This document shows, piece after piece, positions 42,850-57,321 of a stretch of 64,000 nt of DNA (position 1 is the first letter of the stretch; each line of letters starts with the position of its first letter). The stretch is from NCBI GenBank assembly GCA_951406725.2, contig OX597820.1:69564001-69628000 (forward strand), in the 5' to 3' direction. Source of the DNA: Octopus vulgaris. Lineage: Eukaryota. The translations under genes and the position numbers were made by a program. The notes under the pieces were generated by a model. It was not told the origin of the DNA, did no database searches, and saw only the letters and a list, made by a program, of their open reading frames with translations.

Positions 42850-43310
42850 CAAACACATCAGCACTTGATTTTCCATTGAGCAACATCGGTGCTGTGAAAA
42901 GAGGAGATATTTCAGCATTGGTAGCGTGTCGGTCTTCGATATAAATGGTGGACCAGCGTCAAGGACTCTCTAAGTGTAATTATATTTTGAACCTTTACAA
43001 ACAAAGGCTTAAACGATGTTGCAAGGTGTATTCACTCCAACATAGTGTATTGGTTATTTGCAATTTAGTTCAGGATAGCACTTACAAATAATCATATTCA
43101 TATATATTTCAAAATGTAACCGTGTATGTATTATTGTCGATTTTCTTCCTCCGCCTTCCCTTCCTTTGGGCCTTCCTTCATTTCTGAAGAAGAGCTTGGC
43201 TCGAAACGTTAAATCCTCTTTCCTTCCTTTCCTGAGCGTCTGATAATATAGTACTTGTACTACGTCCTCGCGTTATTGTTTTTATTCTTTGTTCTTCTTT
43301 GTTTGAATTG
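42850..43310 (+). mobile_element. Penelope-like element 3' end (ORF terminus plus pseudo-LTR)
   Basis: TFTNKGLN resembles the PLE C-terminal xGLN motif; followed by a pyrimidine-rich UTR carrying a hammerhead core. Confidence 0.5.
43180..43214 (+). ncRNA. Minimal hammerhead ribozyme motif
   Basis: ATTT CTGAAGA A GAGC-ttg-GCTC GAAA CG TT AAAT; palindromic AACGTT stem III; 4-bp stem I. Confidence 0.7.
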
Positions 43311-44439
43311 ATTGATTGATTGATTCTAGTTTCAGCTTATGAGCTGTGGCCATGCTGGGGCACCGCCATTTATATATATATATACAAGAGATAATGGTGT
43401 CATTGAGACCCAAAGGTGTCAGGTAATGATGAATACGTGCTATAGACAGACCATAATTAAGTTACAGATTCGATAATATTGCGAATAAAGGGTTCAACAT
43501 TGGTTCTATGTCAGCGTGTGTATATAAGTGTGTATATTTTTTGCGTAATAAGATAAAAAAAAACAAGGCTGTGATCGATACACGTGATATATATTATATT
43601 ACGTGTATCGATCGGACTAGTGGATGTTGTTATACACCACTGACTACCATGCACTTCCAATTCATTTTTTGATCACGCTGTTCTTTTCCAAACCGTTTAA
43701 GTAAATCGTCTTTCTATCGTCGTGGGGGACTTGGTCTTTTCCAGTCTCTTGCGTACCATTCAACAATTGCACACACACACACACACATCCCACAAAAATA
43801 CACAACGGATGCATATATATGTGTGTGTTTGTGTGTGTGTGTAAGTATGTATACACATAAATATAAGTAGGTATAAGTGCACATGTGTGAGCACGCGTAT
43901 GATGAAGTTCATGTATGGGCCTATTCTTGTATTTGTATCGTGTGTACAGTTAAAGTAACAAATTAGGAATGGAAAACGTAGCCTGTAAAAGAGTATTTCA
44001 GCTACTAATTCGAGGAATTCATGGCTGCATATTTCTAAAAGAATACATAGCACCCGAGAAATTTTAATTTAAATACTGCAACATTTTACAACTTGGATAA
44101 CCTATTGTTTTCCGATTAAAACTCAACAAATTCGTTCTCACCACGACAGAAGAATTATCACCAAACATCTCGTTGATATGGGATATATTGCTTGCTGAGA
44201 AAATTGTAACATAATTACATTTGTCTACGTGATACATATTTGAAGTTAATTTATTCTGTTAATAAAATTATATACTGCAAACGTCCTCCCAAGAATATTA
44301 TCCGCACGAACAACACACCTACACACATGCACGCATAAAACCATGCTCAGAACCAATTTTGTTTCATTGTATACATATGAATTCTGTCTCATATACATCC
44401 GCCTAGAAACGTATATTATACATACACACACTTATACAG

Positions 44440-44489
<50 letters not shown>

Positions 44490-46393
44490 ATATATATATA
44501 CACATACACACATACACGCACTTATATATTATGTGTATATACATATGTATGTGTGCGTGTGTATCTGTGTGTGTATATTCGCACACATTCTCAAAATCAA
44601 GTGAGCAACACGCACACATATATTCCCATACACGTCACACATATAGCGATATATGTATAACAAACTAATTGTCATTATTCATCTATTTAATTTTTATATG
44701 CATATATATATATGTGTGTGTGTATGTGTGCATGTGTGTGTTTATGTACGTGTGTGTGGATATATGTGTGTGTGATGTAGATATATACTAACACAGACAA
44801 ACACACATACGTAAACACACATACATGTTATACCTACGTGCATTTATACGTTCACATATACATAGATATGCTTATACTGACTAGGGTGCCTTAGATTGTA
44901 TTGCTAAAATAATAAAGACAACACGATGACACGAAGTAAAGGAAGACAAAAAATAATCAAAGAGAAAAGAGGAATACCTGAAATGTTTGTTTATTTTCCA
45001 TTAGCAATGAGTTTCCTGAACAATCTCTTCCCTCTATAGTGAATATGTTTCACTCTATTTAGAATCAAACCTTATCACAGTATGAAGCGTTTCGGTTATC
45101 TCTGTTAAAAAAAAAAAAAAGACAAATGACGAAAGAAATCAAATAGAAAATCAGGAAAAAAAAATTAATAAAAAGCAAGTCTGAACTTGAATGTTTCATA
45201 ACGTCGATCTATGTAAAGAAATGGATTCCTTAATTCTCTCCTTTATATTAAAATGAGTAAATAATTATACAAATAAATAATAAAGTAAATATTAGAAATG
45301 GTAGTAATGTGTGAATGGGCAGGTCGGGATGTATATCTGTGTGTGAGTATGCATGCACATATATATATACGCACACACACATATATATATGTATATATAT
45401 GTATGCATCTATGTATATATGTAAGTATATATATATATATATATATATACATACATATTATATATGTATATACCAATATGCTTATACACAGAAGCGCACG
45501 CGCTTATATATATATACATGAATATATGAGTGTTCGTGCATGTGTATATGTGTGTATGTATGGGTTGGTATGGAGTGGTGTGTGTCTGTGTGTGTCTGTG
45601 TGTGTTTGAATTCTGGCAGTGATACGTGAGGAATAATCAAATGCTAAAATAGATTTATATTGAATTGATTCATAAAAATTTAAATAGCAGTATGTAGTTA
45701 GTATACGCATACAGAGATACACACACAAATAAACACACACACACACACATACACAATCACACACACAACCACACACTCACACACACGCACGCACATACAC
45801 ATGCGTACAAGTACATTTATCCTTACACTTAAGAATTGCCAATAGACATATATATATATATATATTAGTATATATATATATATATATATATATATTAGTG
45901 TAATATTGTGATATTTTTTCACAAATACGTAGGACTGTACGACCACACGCTCGCACACACATATTTTACATATTCACACATACAAACACATAAAGCCATA
46001 ATGAGAAGCATGCATATACATATATCCTTTATTTTAATTACTTCTAGATGCACACGCGATAAAGGGAAGACATAAAAAAAGGAACAAATAAAATGTGACG
46101 TGGAAAATGATTGCTGCTTCGTTCCGTTTGTAGTCGTCGTTTTTGACACTTGCAGAGCAAGTTCACTCTATTAGAGAAAAAAATTAAGGAACGTTGTAAC
46201 TGTTATTTCTGTTAGCTGAGGGTGTATATTTAATAGTTCCACAGATAATAGATTGCAGCGAACACTAGTTTCGAATAGGAATTGGTATCGTGATAGAATT
46301 ACAAGCTTTTAATGAGTGATAGATTGAAGGATTTCCTTCCTGTTTTGTCTTTTTAATCCTATCCTTTGCTTGTATATGTATATGTATATACAA

Positions 46394-46462
<69 letters not shown>

Positions 46463-46488
46463 TGTATATATGTATATATATATAACTA

Positions 46489-46536
<48 letters not shown>

Positions 46537-46814
46537 CATATATATGTATGTATGTATATATATGTGTATATACCTATATATGTACGTATATATATATATG
46601 CATATGTGTGTGTGTTTGTGTGTGTGTTTGTGTGTGTGAGTGTGTGTGCGCATATGTGTATATATATATATTAAATATCTATCTATACATATATATATAT
46701 ATGTATATATGTGTATATATATTTATATATATGTATATTTATGTGTGTTTGTATATTTATATATATATAAATATTTGTCCATACATATACAAACACGCAC
46801 AAACAGACACGCAT

Positions 46815-46876
<62 letters not shown>

Positions 46877-47816
46877 ACACTGGTGAACGATAGGAATTTC
46901 GTAAAACAATTTTATTGAAAATTGCTTGCGGCACAAAGTATGAGGTAATGATTTTCAGGAAATAATTGAAAACTATAGATTAATTTTTGCAGTAATAGTT
47001 TTTATTGTAGTATCATGAAATAATAATGCGTTGTAAAATTGTCTTGAAATTTGCTTAACAGAAGTCAGGAAGGTCAAATCAAAGCCTGCTTCCAAAACGT
47101 GGCACCAAAGCTCTTGCACTTCGAAGTCATAGGAATTGATGATATGGATAAGTCATTAGGATGATAATCTTGATAAAATTGAAGAATTTGAAGCTGGGAA
47201 CTCTTCCCATATATACTCAAATTGGACATAATATGAATGCCACTTAAAATAGACGTAAGAAATATATTTGTAACCATTAAGTGCTTAAGAAAAAACAACA
47301 CTTGATATGTAATTTTATTGTCTTCCAACATGCAAATCGCAAATGTTTTAGTTTTTCTTTTTTAAAATTTAATTAACAAAAGGAACCAAAATGAAAAAAA
47401 TAAATCCGGTAAAGATTATTGCCAATTTTAAATATTTAGTCCAATATTTATCATACTCCGTATGTTTATAGGTTGTTTGTTTTAGTACTTACTATAATTT
47501 TATTGTGAAAATCTTACGCTCTCATCATTTAACTTATTCTTATCTTACTGCATATATTATTTGTGTGTGTCTGTGTGTGTGCGCGCGCGAGTGTGTGTGT
47601 GCGCGCGTGTGTGTGTGTGTGTGTGTGTGCTCGCTCATCCGCAGCACGCTATCTCTTATTGGAAATATCTGGCATTGTTTGCTGTATGAATTTGTATATG
47701 TACACCAGCATGTGTGCATGTTTAATATAGTCATTTATATATCTGTACACGTGTCATGTATATATAAATGGCATCGTATGTATTTATTCATGATTGTGTG
47801 AATGTATATATAAATG

Positions 47817-48565
47817 TAGCAGTAGGCATCCGTCGAACTCGGGAGGCCATAGATCGGCGCCCGAAGAAATCGTGTCACTGCTTATGGTGATGCGGCGTTT
47901 GTTGTGGCACACGGGAATGGCAGTCGCGTATACACCAACTGTATTTCAAGGTACTCTTTTCTGGCTCTACTGGTTTTTCCATCCGTCGAGTACGTTTTTC
48001 TTTGGTGGCGAGTTCTTGTCTTTCCTCTGCTCACTTCATCCCCTTCCGCAGTATTTGTCTCCAGTGTAGTCGATCATTTTCAACCTCTTCCCATCTCAGG
48101 ACGTCCAGATCAAGCGACCTCGTATGCCACTTACAGACGTCCGTAAAACGAAGGTGAAGTCCGCGTGCACTTGTGCCAGTGGCCAATTCCCCATATAGGA
48201 GGTCTTTGGGGATCCTTCCGTCCGGCGATGTACATGACCGACCAGCGCAAACGGCGCTGCTGGATCAGGGTGAGTATGATCAATATCTTGGCTCGTTTGA
48301 GTACTTCGGTGTTGGTGATGTGGTCGATCCACTTGATATCGAAGATGCCTCTCAAATTGCGAAGGTGAAATACATCGAGACACCACTCCTGTCTGGAGTA
48401 GAGACTCTACATCTCACTGCCGTAAAATAGCGCTCTAAAGACGCACGCCTAATACATAGCAATCTTGGTGTTTGCAGCCAGCATTTTTTTTTTTTGTTTT
48501 GCCAGACTTTCTTCGTGAGTCTGGCAAATGTGGATTTGTCCGATTCGCCTGTTGATCTCAGAGAC
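47817..48565 (-). mobile_element. RTE-clade LINE 3' fragment
   Basis: LRGIFDIKWIDHITNTEVLKRA..LIQQRRLRW.GHV, PKDLLYGELATG..R; 3' UTR CCTCCCGAGTTCGACGGATGCCTAC. Confidence 0.88.
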
Positions 48566-48624
48566 TAAAGAAGAAGACACTTTTCCAAGGTGCTATGCAG
48601 TGGGACTGAACCCGCAACAATGTA

Positions 48625-49205
48625 GTGGAGCTTGAAGCCGTCCAACGCCACTACACTAAAAAGATTGAAACAGTTTAGTGGATGAGCTATAGGGATAGGC
48701 TCAGAAAACTACAGCTCCACTCCTTGGAGCGAAGGCTTGACAGATATGTAATAATATACATATGGAAAATCCTAGAAGAGCTAGTACTTAAATTTGGCAT
48801 TGTGTGTTATACAAATGCCCAAACCTGCCGCCATTACATTGTACCAAATGTGCCGTCCATTCCATCTAAATTCAGGACCAGGTATTGCAATAGCCTAGGA
48901 TTCAAAGGCCCACAGCTTTTCGATGCCCTGACACAAAGATAAATAAATCTGAGTAAGGTGGAAGTAGATGTCTTCACAAAGGAATTAGTTCTCCTCTCCA
49001 TAATACCGGATGAACCAACAGCCTGACATAAGGTACAGACTAGAGCAGCGGAATCAAGCTGAATTATACATAAAATGTACCAACAACTGGTAAAAAGGAA
49101 CATACCGGAGTGGTGATATGAAACACCCAGACTGAGGAAGTCAGAAAGACTATGGTAGTACTCCAGCATGACTAAAGCCGCATGGCCAAAACGAGTAAAA
49201 GAGTA
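48625..49205 (+). mobile_element. CR1-like LINE 3' fragment with 3' tail
   Basis: ELEAVQRHYTK...SYRDRLRKLQLHSLERR..RY.IIY.WKI (CR1-group C-terminus); tail resembles the SINE B tail. Confidence 0.85.
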
Positions 49206-49213
49206 CAAGACTG

Positions 49214-49281
<68 letters not shown>

Positions 49282-49351
49282 GGTGTGTGTGTGTGTGTGT
49301 ATTCGTGTGTATGTATGTAGGTATGTATGTTCATATATATATATGATTATA

Positions 49352-49566
49352 CGAGGGTGTACTGAAAAGTTTCTGGCTTCGGGTAAAAAATATACATGAA
49401 GATCAGTTAAATATGATTTTATTTAACATATTCCCCTCTCAGATTCATACACTTATTGCGGCACTCCTTCAGTTTTGTAAGCCCTACAACAGAACTCATA
49501 CGTTTGGGCCTCCAACCAGGCCTTTCGGTACACCTTAAAACCAGGAAATTTTTAGAAACAAATACG
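49352..49566 (-). mobile_element. Mariner-derived MITE retaining the transposase C-terminus
   Basis: TA|CGAGGGTGTACTGAAAAGTTTCTGG end; degenerate opposite end CCAGGAAATTTTTAG; minus strand GLTKLKECRNKCMNLRGEYV. Confidence 0.65.
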
Positions 49567-49574
49567 GTTAAATT

Positions 49575-50680
49575 ATGGTAGTGGAAATGACTGATATAGC
49601 TAACAGAGTAACAATGTCGGAAGATGAAACTAGTACTGCCATATATACAAACAAATATAATAAATTCTTATGCAGAGAGAAATCAAAATGCCCATTGATG
49701 GATCTCTGTAAGAGTACAAATCTGGTATATAAATGCACCGCGCGCACAAGGGGGATGACTGTATGCTTACACTAGGCAAACGGCTGATCCATTTAAGAAT
49801 CGTTATAGCAACCATGTCGCCCGCTTCAAGACGATCAATAAGTGACATTCGACATATTTGGCCGATTTTGTGTGTCGACTGAACGAAGATAAAATTAAGT
49901 ATAGCATAACCAGGTCCATAGTAAGGCGCGCGAAACCATACAGTGTCATTTCCAGGAGATGCTGACTTTGCTTCGAGGAATCCTCGTCTATTCTCTTGAC
50001 CAATGAGAAGATCATTAATAGAATTTCTGAAAGACTCTCAAGATGCCTACATATATATATAAATGTACTTTCACATGATGCAGTGAGAATAAATTTGAGT
50101 AACTGTTAATATAATTACTTTAAGGTATGGATAAATTAAGTTCAGCTTTAACCACTCGGTTTTTATAAACACCAGGTAGCTGTTTAACTCGCTATCTGAA
50201 CGTGCTCACATGTTCACATAGCGAGTTTATCTGGATGCTTGTATGAACGAGTGTACATGCGCTATGCAGCTTGCGCGAGGGCGTTTATACATCCATATCC
50301 GTTATCGTTTACTTTTAATACTTTTCTCGCTGTATTGCGTGTTCGTTTCTTTTTTTAATCTGTTATTTTATTTTTGATCTTCTATATAAATGAAGGTATA
50401 TCCTTTTTCTGCTTTTCCTTATACGAAATGAGAAGACCATTATTTTAACGTGCTATAACTATTTATCACTCAAAGAGACACATCTGCACCGTCGGATGCT
50501 CCTCAACCAGTCATTAAGTATCCCACCCGTGAAGGATCGATGCTAAATGTGTCAAAACATTTAATAAAAATTCTCGTATCTTCCATCTTCTGTCGTTCAT
50601 TTACATATATATAACGAACACTGAGAAAGTTGCCACACTTTACTAGTAATCTACCAGGCATAAACCATTCGTTTTATTAT
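49575..50680 (+). mobile_element. 5'-truncated Penelope-like element (Naiad-type GIY-YIG plus 3' UTR/pseudo-LTR)
   Basis: CREKSKCPL.DLC...LVYKC, FKNRYSNH..F, STYLA.FV..L, AKPY...RRC*LC.EE, SRCLH; UTR 50460-50680 paralogous to 20776-21006; ends in (TA)n. Confidence 0.8.
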
Positions 50681-50707
50681 ATATATATATATTACACAAA
50701 AACCATG

Positions 50708-50768
<61 letters not shown>

Positions 50769-53418
50769 GTATATAATCACGGTATATGTGTAATGTTTAC
50801 AGGTGTGTATGAATATAGTACATACATTTATATGCGGTATATATGTGTGTGTGTGTGCATATATATATATATGAGTTTGTGTGTGTAAGTAAGTACGTAT
50901 TTATGTATGTATATATGTATGTATATATGTATGTATATGGATGTGTTTATTGGACAACGTTTAGTGTTTCACTCCATCGAATCTCGAACTTTCACACACG
51001 CACAAGAGGTAGATGTGTGTGATATTTCATCCTATCCTTTGCTATGATAAAGTATGAAAGGTTGCCGTAGGTATTACTCTGCAGGAGACTTGAAAGGTCA
51101 TTTCTCATTGCTTATGCCTGACCATCTAATTAGATTTGTTGCCGATTTATGCGCTGCTATTGCTCTATTGTGGCTTAAATGGAAACAAATCACTCGTAGA
51201 ATATCGCCTTCAGGGAAAGTTTTTCTCGAAGCCGGCCTGGACTGGCTAAAGCCAATTTTAAAGAAATGTGACCTTCAGTTGGTTAGAAAATTCGTTAAAA
51301 ATTTTTAAGAGAAAACTTCTTTTGTCGTAGCTGTTGGGCATTACATCTAATTCCAGGATAAGGAAAGCTTTAGCTACTTTTGATACAACACATATTTAAT
51401 AAAACAAAACCAACATTTCTAAGAACCGTCGGATATGGGTTAGTTCTATAAATGTTATAGCAAAGCCAGCCACAATCTGGTCCCTGTAATTTTTCGGTTT
51501 TAATTTGACTTGTATAGTTTTTTTCAATATTACCTGCATGTGTCATTATTGCCTGACGCTAATAGAGTAGACATAGACGTACAGATGAATTTCAGCATTT
51601 TTAATTTAACTACTAATCTATTGGTAGTGCCGTCGACGTGTCTTTGCAATTTGAGTATTGTAGTTCAAAGTAGCTGTCGATACAAGAATAACTGATCATA
51701 ACGTCATGTGACGTGAAGAACTGATGCCATTTGTGGATGGAAAATAATTTTCTATCAGAGCCTATATAATCTCCACTGTATGTAGTCAAGCTAAATACTT
51801 TAATTTATTCTGTGAACCAGTTTCGTATCAAGTTTTAGGTTACTTATTTCATTCATTATGTTTTCTATCTATTTTGCTATTTCCAATATAAAAAATTTTT
51901 TATAAGATATACACTATATACTTAATGTATGTCAAGAGAGAGAGCGATTGATTTGCAGAATCGTTAAAATTAAATAATCGAGAAAATGCCCATTTTGTAT
52001 TCAAATTCCATTCATGTCGAATTTCTATTTCATCATAAGCTAAGACATATCTCATATTCCGGTGTTTTTACATGGTGCTTATGCGAACGAAATTATAGGG
52101 TAGAATATTTCGTTTAACGTTGATATCTCGATTTACTAATAATCCACTTAGAGATGTTTGTTGTGAACATGGATACTGTGCTTACATTTCTCAAGTGAAA
52201 CATTCAGCACATCCATAGATTATTATTTCGCTACGTTTACTTATCGTACGACAGACTTTTTAGTCGATCTAATATCACTTCTTTCAATTAGTATTTAATT
52301 TTATAAAATTCTCTTTAAGTAAAATAAATTGAACATACTAATTTTTAAAAAAAGGCATACACACATGAATGAATGTATGGGTGTACTTAAATAAAAAATA
52401 TGGTCTCGAATTCAATCACTTTGGAACTAGTCGTCTTTCACGTAATAAATTTCATACTCTTAAAGGATTCACCATTAATACAAGTCTAGTAAAAATGGTC
52501 ACCTTTCACATATAAATGCGAAAATGCGAAGAAACGCCATAGTAGAAAAAATAGGTGGATTACAACTTTTATACAACATTACAGATCAGATCGCAGAACT
52601 ATCAAAGGAAATGCTAGAGGACTTTTAAATTAATCAATACCTGAGACAATTCTTTAAAAAGTACTATGATAGTGCCCCGATTTGATACAGAAAAAAAGAC
52701 TGATGAGTTATATAAAGTGCTTTAGATATCAAGCTGTAGTGAGAAACAGTTACAAGTACATTAGTTGAGAAAAGATATACTGCTCTTCATTCCATACATC
52801 AGTAGCGGGAATATTAAGCAGTCTCATCAATACACCCGATGTCGCAATTCGCTAGAATATTACCCATGTAATCGACAAAATCTAACCAATCACGACTTAG
52901 CATGGAACAGGTTCCATCGAGGAATTCATGTTTTGGCGTACTTCCTTCTGAGATTATTCTTCACTATAAATTCGACACACCTCCACTACTTCACAGAGAG
53001 CATTGAGATGCTTTACAGAAAGCATTGAGAGATTGTATAGCATTCAGTATGTGAGACAGCTAAGAGGCAACATCAGACGGGACACAGGAACGTGTAGCTG
53101 AGCAGCAGCCGACAACGGCAAGCCAATGGACGATCGTTGGCAGCAACACGAGGACCAGCAACCAACCTTTTGACGGCTACTTCAACCACATTGGACAACA
53201 AACTTTATCTCCAAAGCCTATCGATTTTTTGTCGTTCGCAGTAACGACAATAAGTGCTTTTTGTTTTAAGGAAGAATACAAATTTTGTTTGTCAAAAATC
53301 TTAAAAGATTACTTCGTCTTCTACGTACACATTAAATGAAAATGTGAAAAGACCAGTAAATTCTTCTCTTGAGAAAACCGCAAAGAATACGAATCACGAT
53401 AGAAGTGATAACAGCATC

Positions 53419-53652
53419 GAAGGCGGCGAGCTGGCAGAAACGTTAGCGCGCCGGGCGAAATACTAAGCGGTATTTCGTCTGCCGCTACTTTCTGAGTTCA
53501 AATTCTCCTGAGGTCGACTTTGCCTTTCATCCTTTCGGGGTCGATTAAATAAGTACCAGTTAAGTACTGGGGTCGATATAATTGACTTACTCCGTTTGTC
53601 TGTCCTTGTTTGTCCCCTCTATGTTTAGCCCCTTGTTGGCAGTAAAGAAATA
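53419..53652 (+). mobile_element. SINE family A copy with 18-bp target-site duplication
   Basis: AGAAGTGATAACAGCATC at 53401-53418 and 53653-53670. Confidence 0.93.
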
Positions 53653-54374
53653 AGAAGTGATAACAGCATCCATATTTTTCAGTGAAACAACTCTACGACA
53701 TAGCGCGTACAAGCGGTAGCTGCACAGGAACAGACAGGAATCAGTGAGGAATATAAGTAACGCAAAATGTAGCTCATGGCAGAATTCTCACAAAACTCCG
53801 CTACATTAACAAAAAATAGCAGGAAAGAACGATTAGGAGACGAGTCGATAAGTCGCATCTCGACTTAATTTTATATGTGATCGATCGAGTTGCCAAACAA
53901 CACTTAGCTTAATTGAAGCTCTATTCTTTTGGACATTGAATGTATTTTTGTTTTGTATTGCAATTGTCATTCTCTAATCAATGGAAGTAAAAGCAATAGA
54001 TCTTTAACAGAAAGATATAACCAATATGTACCATCTCTCTCCATTAAAATAGCTACAGACTCAGGAAAAATATCGGACAATTGAATACTATCATTAAGTG
54101 CTAAGGGAATAAAAAAAATCATGAATCACCAGCTGCGGTTTAAAATGGAGTTTATAAGGAGTACTGAACTACTTCCAAAATAAATACCACTTGCTCGTTA
54201 TCTCCCCCATCTCCAGTGATGTACGCTACAAATATCTCTATAAATGCTACAAAATCATCATACAAGAAGAAAGTTCAACATGTGTAAATATCTCGCTAGT
54301 TACAGAACACTAACAACATTGAGAGGAATAATAGCCTCTTCTCGATCTGTGATAGGTATATCATATCATCTTAA

Positions 54375-54600
54375 CTTGTCCATCTTTGCAATCCAAGAAC
54401 CGAAGACAGTGGTAAAATACATGATCGGCTAAAGAGATAAAGAATGCCGTTAATGCTTCGACCACTGAATAAACCACCGATAATTCCATGTTATTATAGA
54501 AAATATAGCCCACGACATCATAAACTGTCCAAAAATATCTGCAAGGTGCGATTACCTTCTTATGACACATAATATCTGACACAGTTGCTAAATATTTACA
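54375..54600 (+). mobile_element. Old R4/Dong-like remnant (CCHC zinc-knuckle region)
   Basis: IFAIQE...KY, ENIAHDIINCPKISAR..YLLMTHN..VAK; matches the region just upstream of the YLPMRHDVVA motif. Confidence 0.5.
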
Positions 54601-54672
54601 ATCATATGCGCAGGAAGGATTGTCTTCATGGCCATGCTAAAGTTACGCCAGATTGATACACACATACACACA

Positions 54673-54714
<42 letters not shown>

Positions 54715-55996
54715 TTATATACTCAAAAATGAGAGAAACAGCATCTTCAGAGTTGGAGAAGAACTACTGTTGAGGTACTCGGAGAATCCAGCTGTCTCAT
54801 GCAGCCTAAAGGAAGCTGAACTGACCTACCTAAACAGAAGCTTGAAAGCGTAGCAGGCATCATGCCAACAAAACGCAGTGCATGGGTACATATTCTGTAA
54901 GCTAGATGGGAACCAACAGCATTGACAGGAACAAATTTTCAAAAAAAAAACCCTGAAATACTCGGTTTTCACGGGGGAAATGCAAAAGGGACTGCTGCGA
55001 ATTCTCTAAATCCAATCTACTGGGGGCACAGTGAAAATTTTGTAAGAGATACCAAAAATTCTCCATGTAGGATTCTTATGTGAATAGATGCACACGTTTG
55101 GGTGTGTGCATCGACAGTTCGACCAACACAACTCAACCATACATTTATAAACACCGGGAACTCCATTAACAGGAAAAGTCTTGTCGCTTTGTTAGAAACT
55201 GGCTTCATCTCTCTCAAGAAATTAAACTCAAAGAAAAATCATACATACATACGTACATACATACAAGACTCCATAAGCAGCCTTAACCGGTAGAAGTCAA
55301 TGTGAAAACTACTTACCGGGCATTTAGTCGGCTAGAAAAAGCAGCCTAATATCCCTAATATTACCACGCCAACAACAGTCTCAAGACAAAGAAACACATT
55401 ATAACTATGTTCGGTGTGTCTGAAAACTATGAGTTAGTCACAACTGCAATGGTTTCGATTAAAAATATTATCAAACGTGTTACGACGTTGAAAAAACGTT
55501 TCAAGTCATTGCCTAGTACCAGAGGGTGTCGTTCATAGGATCTTATACAGTACATATGGTTATTGATCGATATAAAAATTTATCTGTGCGAGTAGACCTA
55601 TATCTAAGAACACGTGTATACACTAGCATGACGATCTATATTTTGTGTTCGGGAATATCAAATAATATATCTCAGGTATGCATGCCGGTAATAACATGAA
55701 AGTGATTGTGGATGTATTTGTATTGTGCCGGTGTAATTATGTGCGTTCGGAAGAAGAAACACACAGTAAGATAGATAGTGACAGCGAGAGACAGAGAGGG
55801 AAGAATACAGGAGTATAGAGGAAGAGAAAAAGGGAAATATAGGGAGATTGAATTCTATGAGTAATGCAGATCCTATATTGAAGATCATAAATTTGAGTCA
55901 TCCATTCAAATACGCACATATTAAAATTTCATACATTTATATATGGCTCGTGTGTACATATATGTGTGTGCGTGTGTGTCTGTGAGTGTGTGTGTC

Positions 55997-56049
<53 letters not shown>

Positions 56050-56220
56050 TTGTGTGTGTGTATGTATATATGCACGCCTCCTGCCTACCTTCTGAAATGC
56101 ACTGAAAAGAAGATATCACAGCAGCCCATCAGGTGAACGAACGAGATTTCAAACGTTGTTGCAACGAGATCTGATACGTAAAGTTTGTTTGTATTCTTTG
56201 CTTTCGTGCATGCGTGTGTG

Positions 56221-56285
<65 letters not shown>

Positions 56286-56622
56286 CTTTCATTCACATCA
56301 GAAGGAATTTAAATCTGATTTTATGCCTAAAATCCATTGTGAAGTAGATATAGAGAGAAAAGCAACTGAAAAATTTACGAGAAGCAATACACGTTAGGTA
56401 ATAAAAAGCAAATAAATATATAAGTTCATAAATAACTCAGAAAATACAAATGAATGAAAGCGGAAACAGGTTCTTTACCTTACTGAAAATTAACATATAA
56501 ACAGAATTCTGTAGGGGTTTTCCTTTCGTGTGCTCCTTTCAAAACTCATAAAAAAATAACTTGCCCTTAAATAAGAAAACCTGGAGGCAGAAAATGTTTC
56601 TCTAGCATTACACACCATAATG

Positions 56623-56661
<39 letters not shown>

Positions 56662-56688
56662 TAGATATACAGATAGTTATATACATAC

Positions 56689-56730
<42 letters not shown>

Positions 56731-57026
56731 AAATATATATATATATACATACAGATATGTGTGTCTATATATATATATATACATATATATACACGCATAG
56801 TATGCATGCATATATATGTCTCAACGCATAGAATATATACATACGTCTATGTCTGTCAGCGTTTTTGTGTGCATAGATGTATGTATGAGCGTATCTATGT
56901 GTGTGTGTGTGTGTGTGTATGTATATACAAATATACATATATGACCAACTGAAAACGTTTCCTGTTTATTATGCAGGGAATATTCCCTTTCAATATGATA
57001 TATATATGCATGTCTGTATTTATGTA

Positions 57027-57132
<106 letters not shown>

Positions 57133-57270
57133 GATATAGATATATATGTATACACGCACACACATATATATATATTATATACATACTCATATACGTGTAA
57201 ATATATATGAATATCCATATGTATATACACGTATACATCTATATGTATACCTATATCTAGACATCTATCC

Positions 57271-57321
<51 letters not shown>

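Noticed and set aside
49820-49990. In-frame TGA codons in the Naiad-type GIY-YIG (selenocysteine recoding is reported in some Naiads)
   Set aside because: The TGAs are not at Cys positions (C*LC, K*H), fit CGA->TGA decay, and the ORF is also frameshifted; no SECIS recognised
52735-53330. Possible solo LTR
   Set aside because: No convincing TG..CA ends with TSD and no second copy
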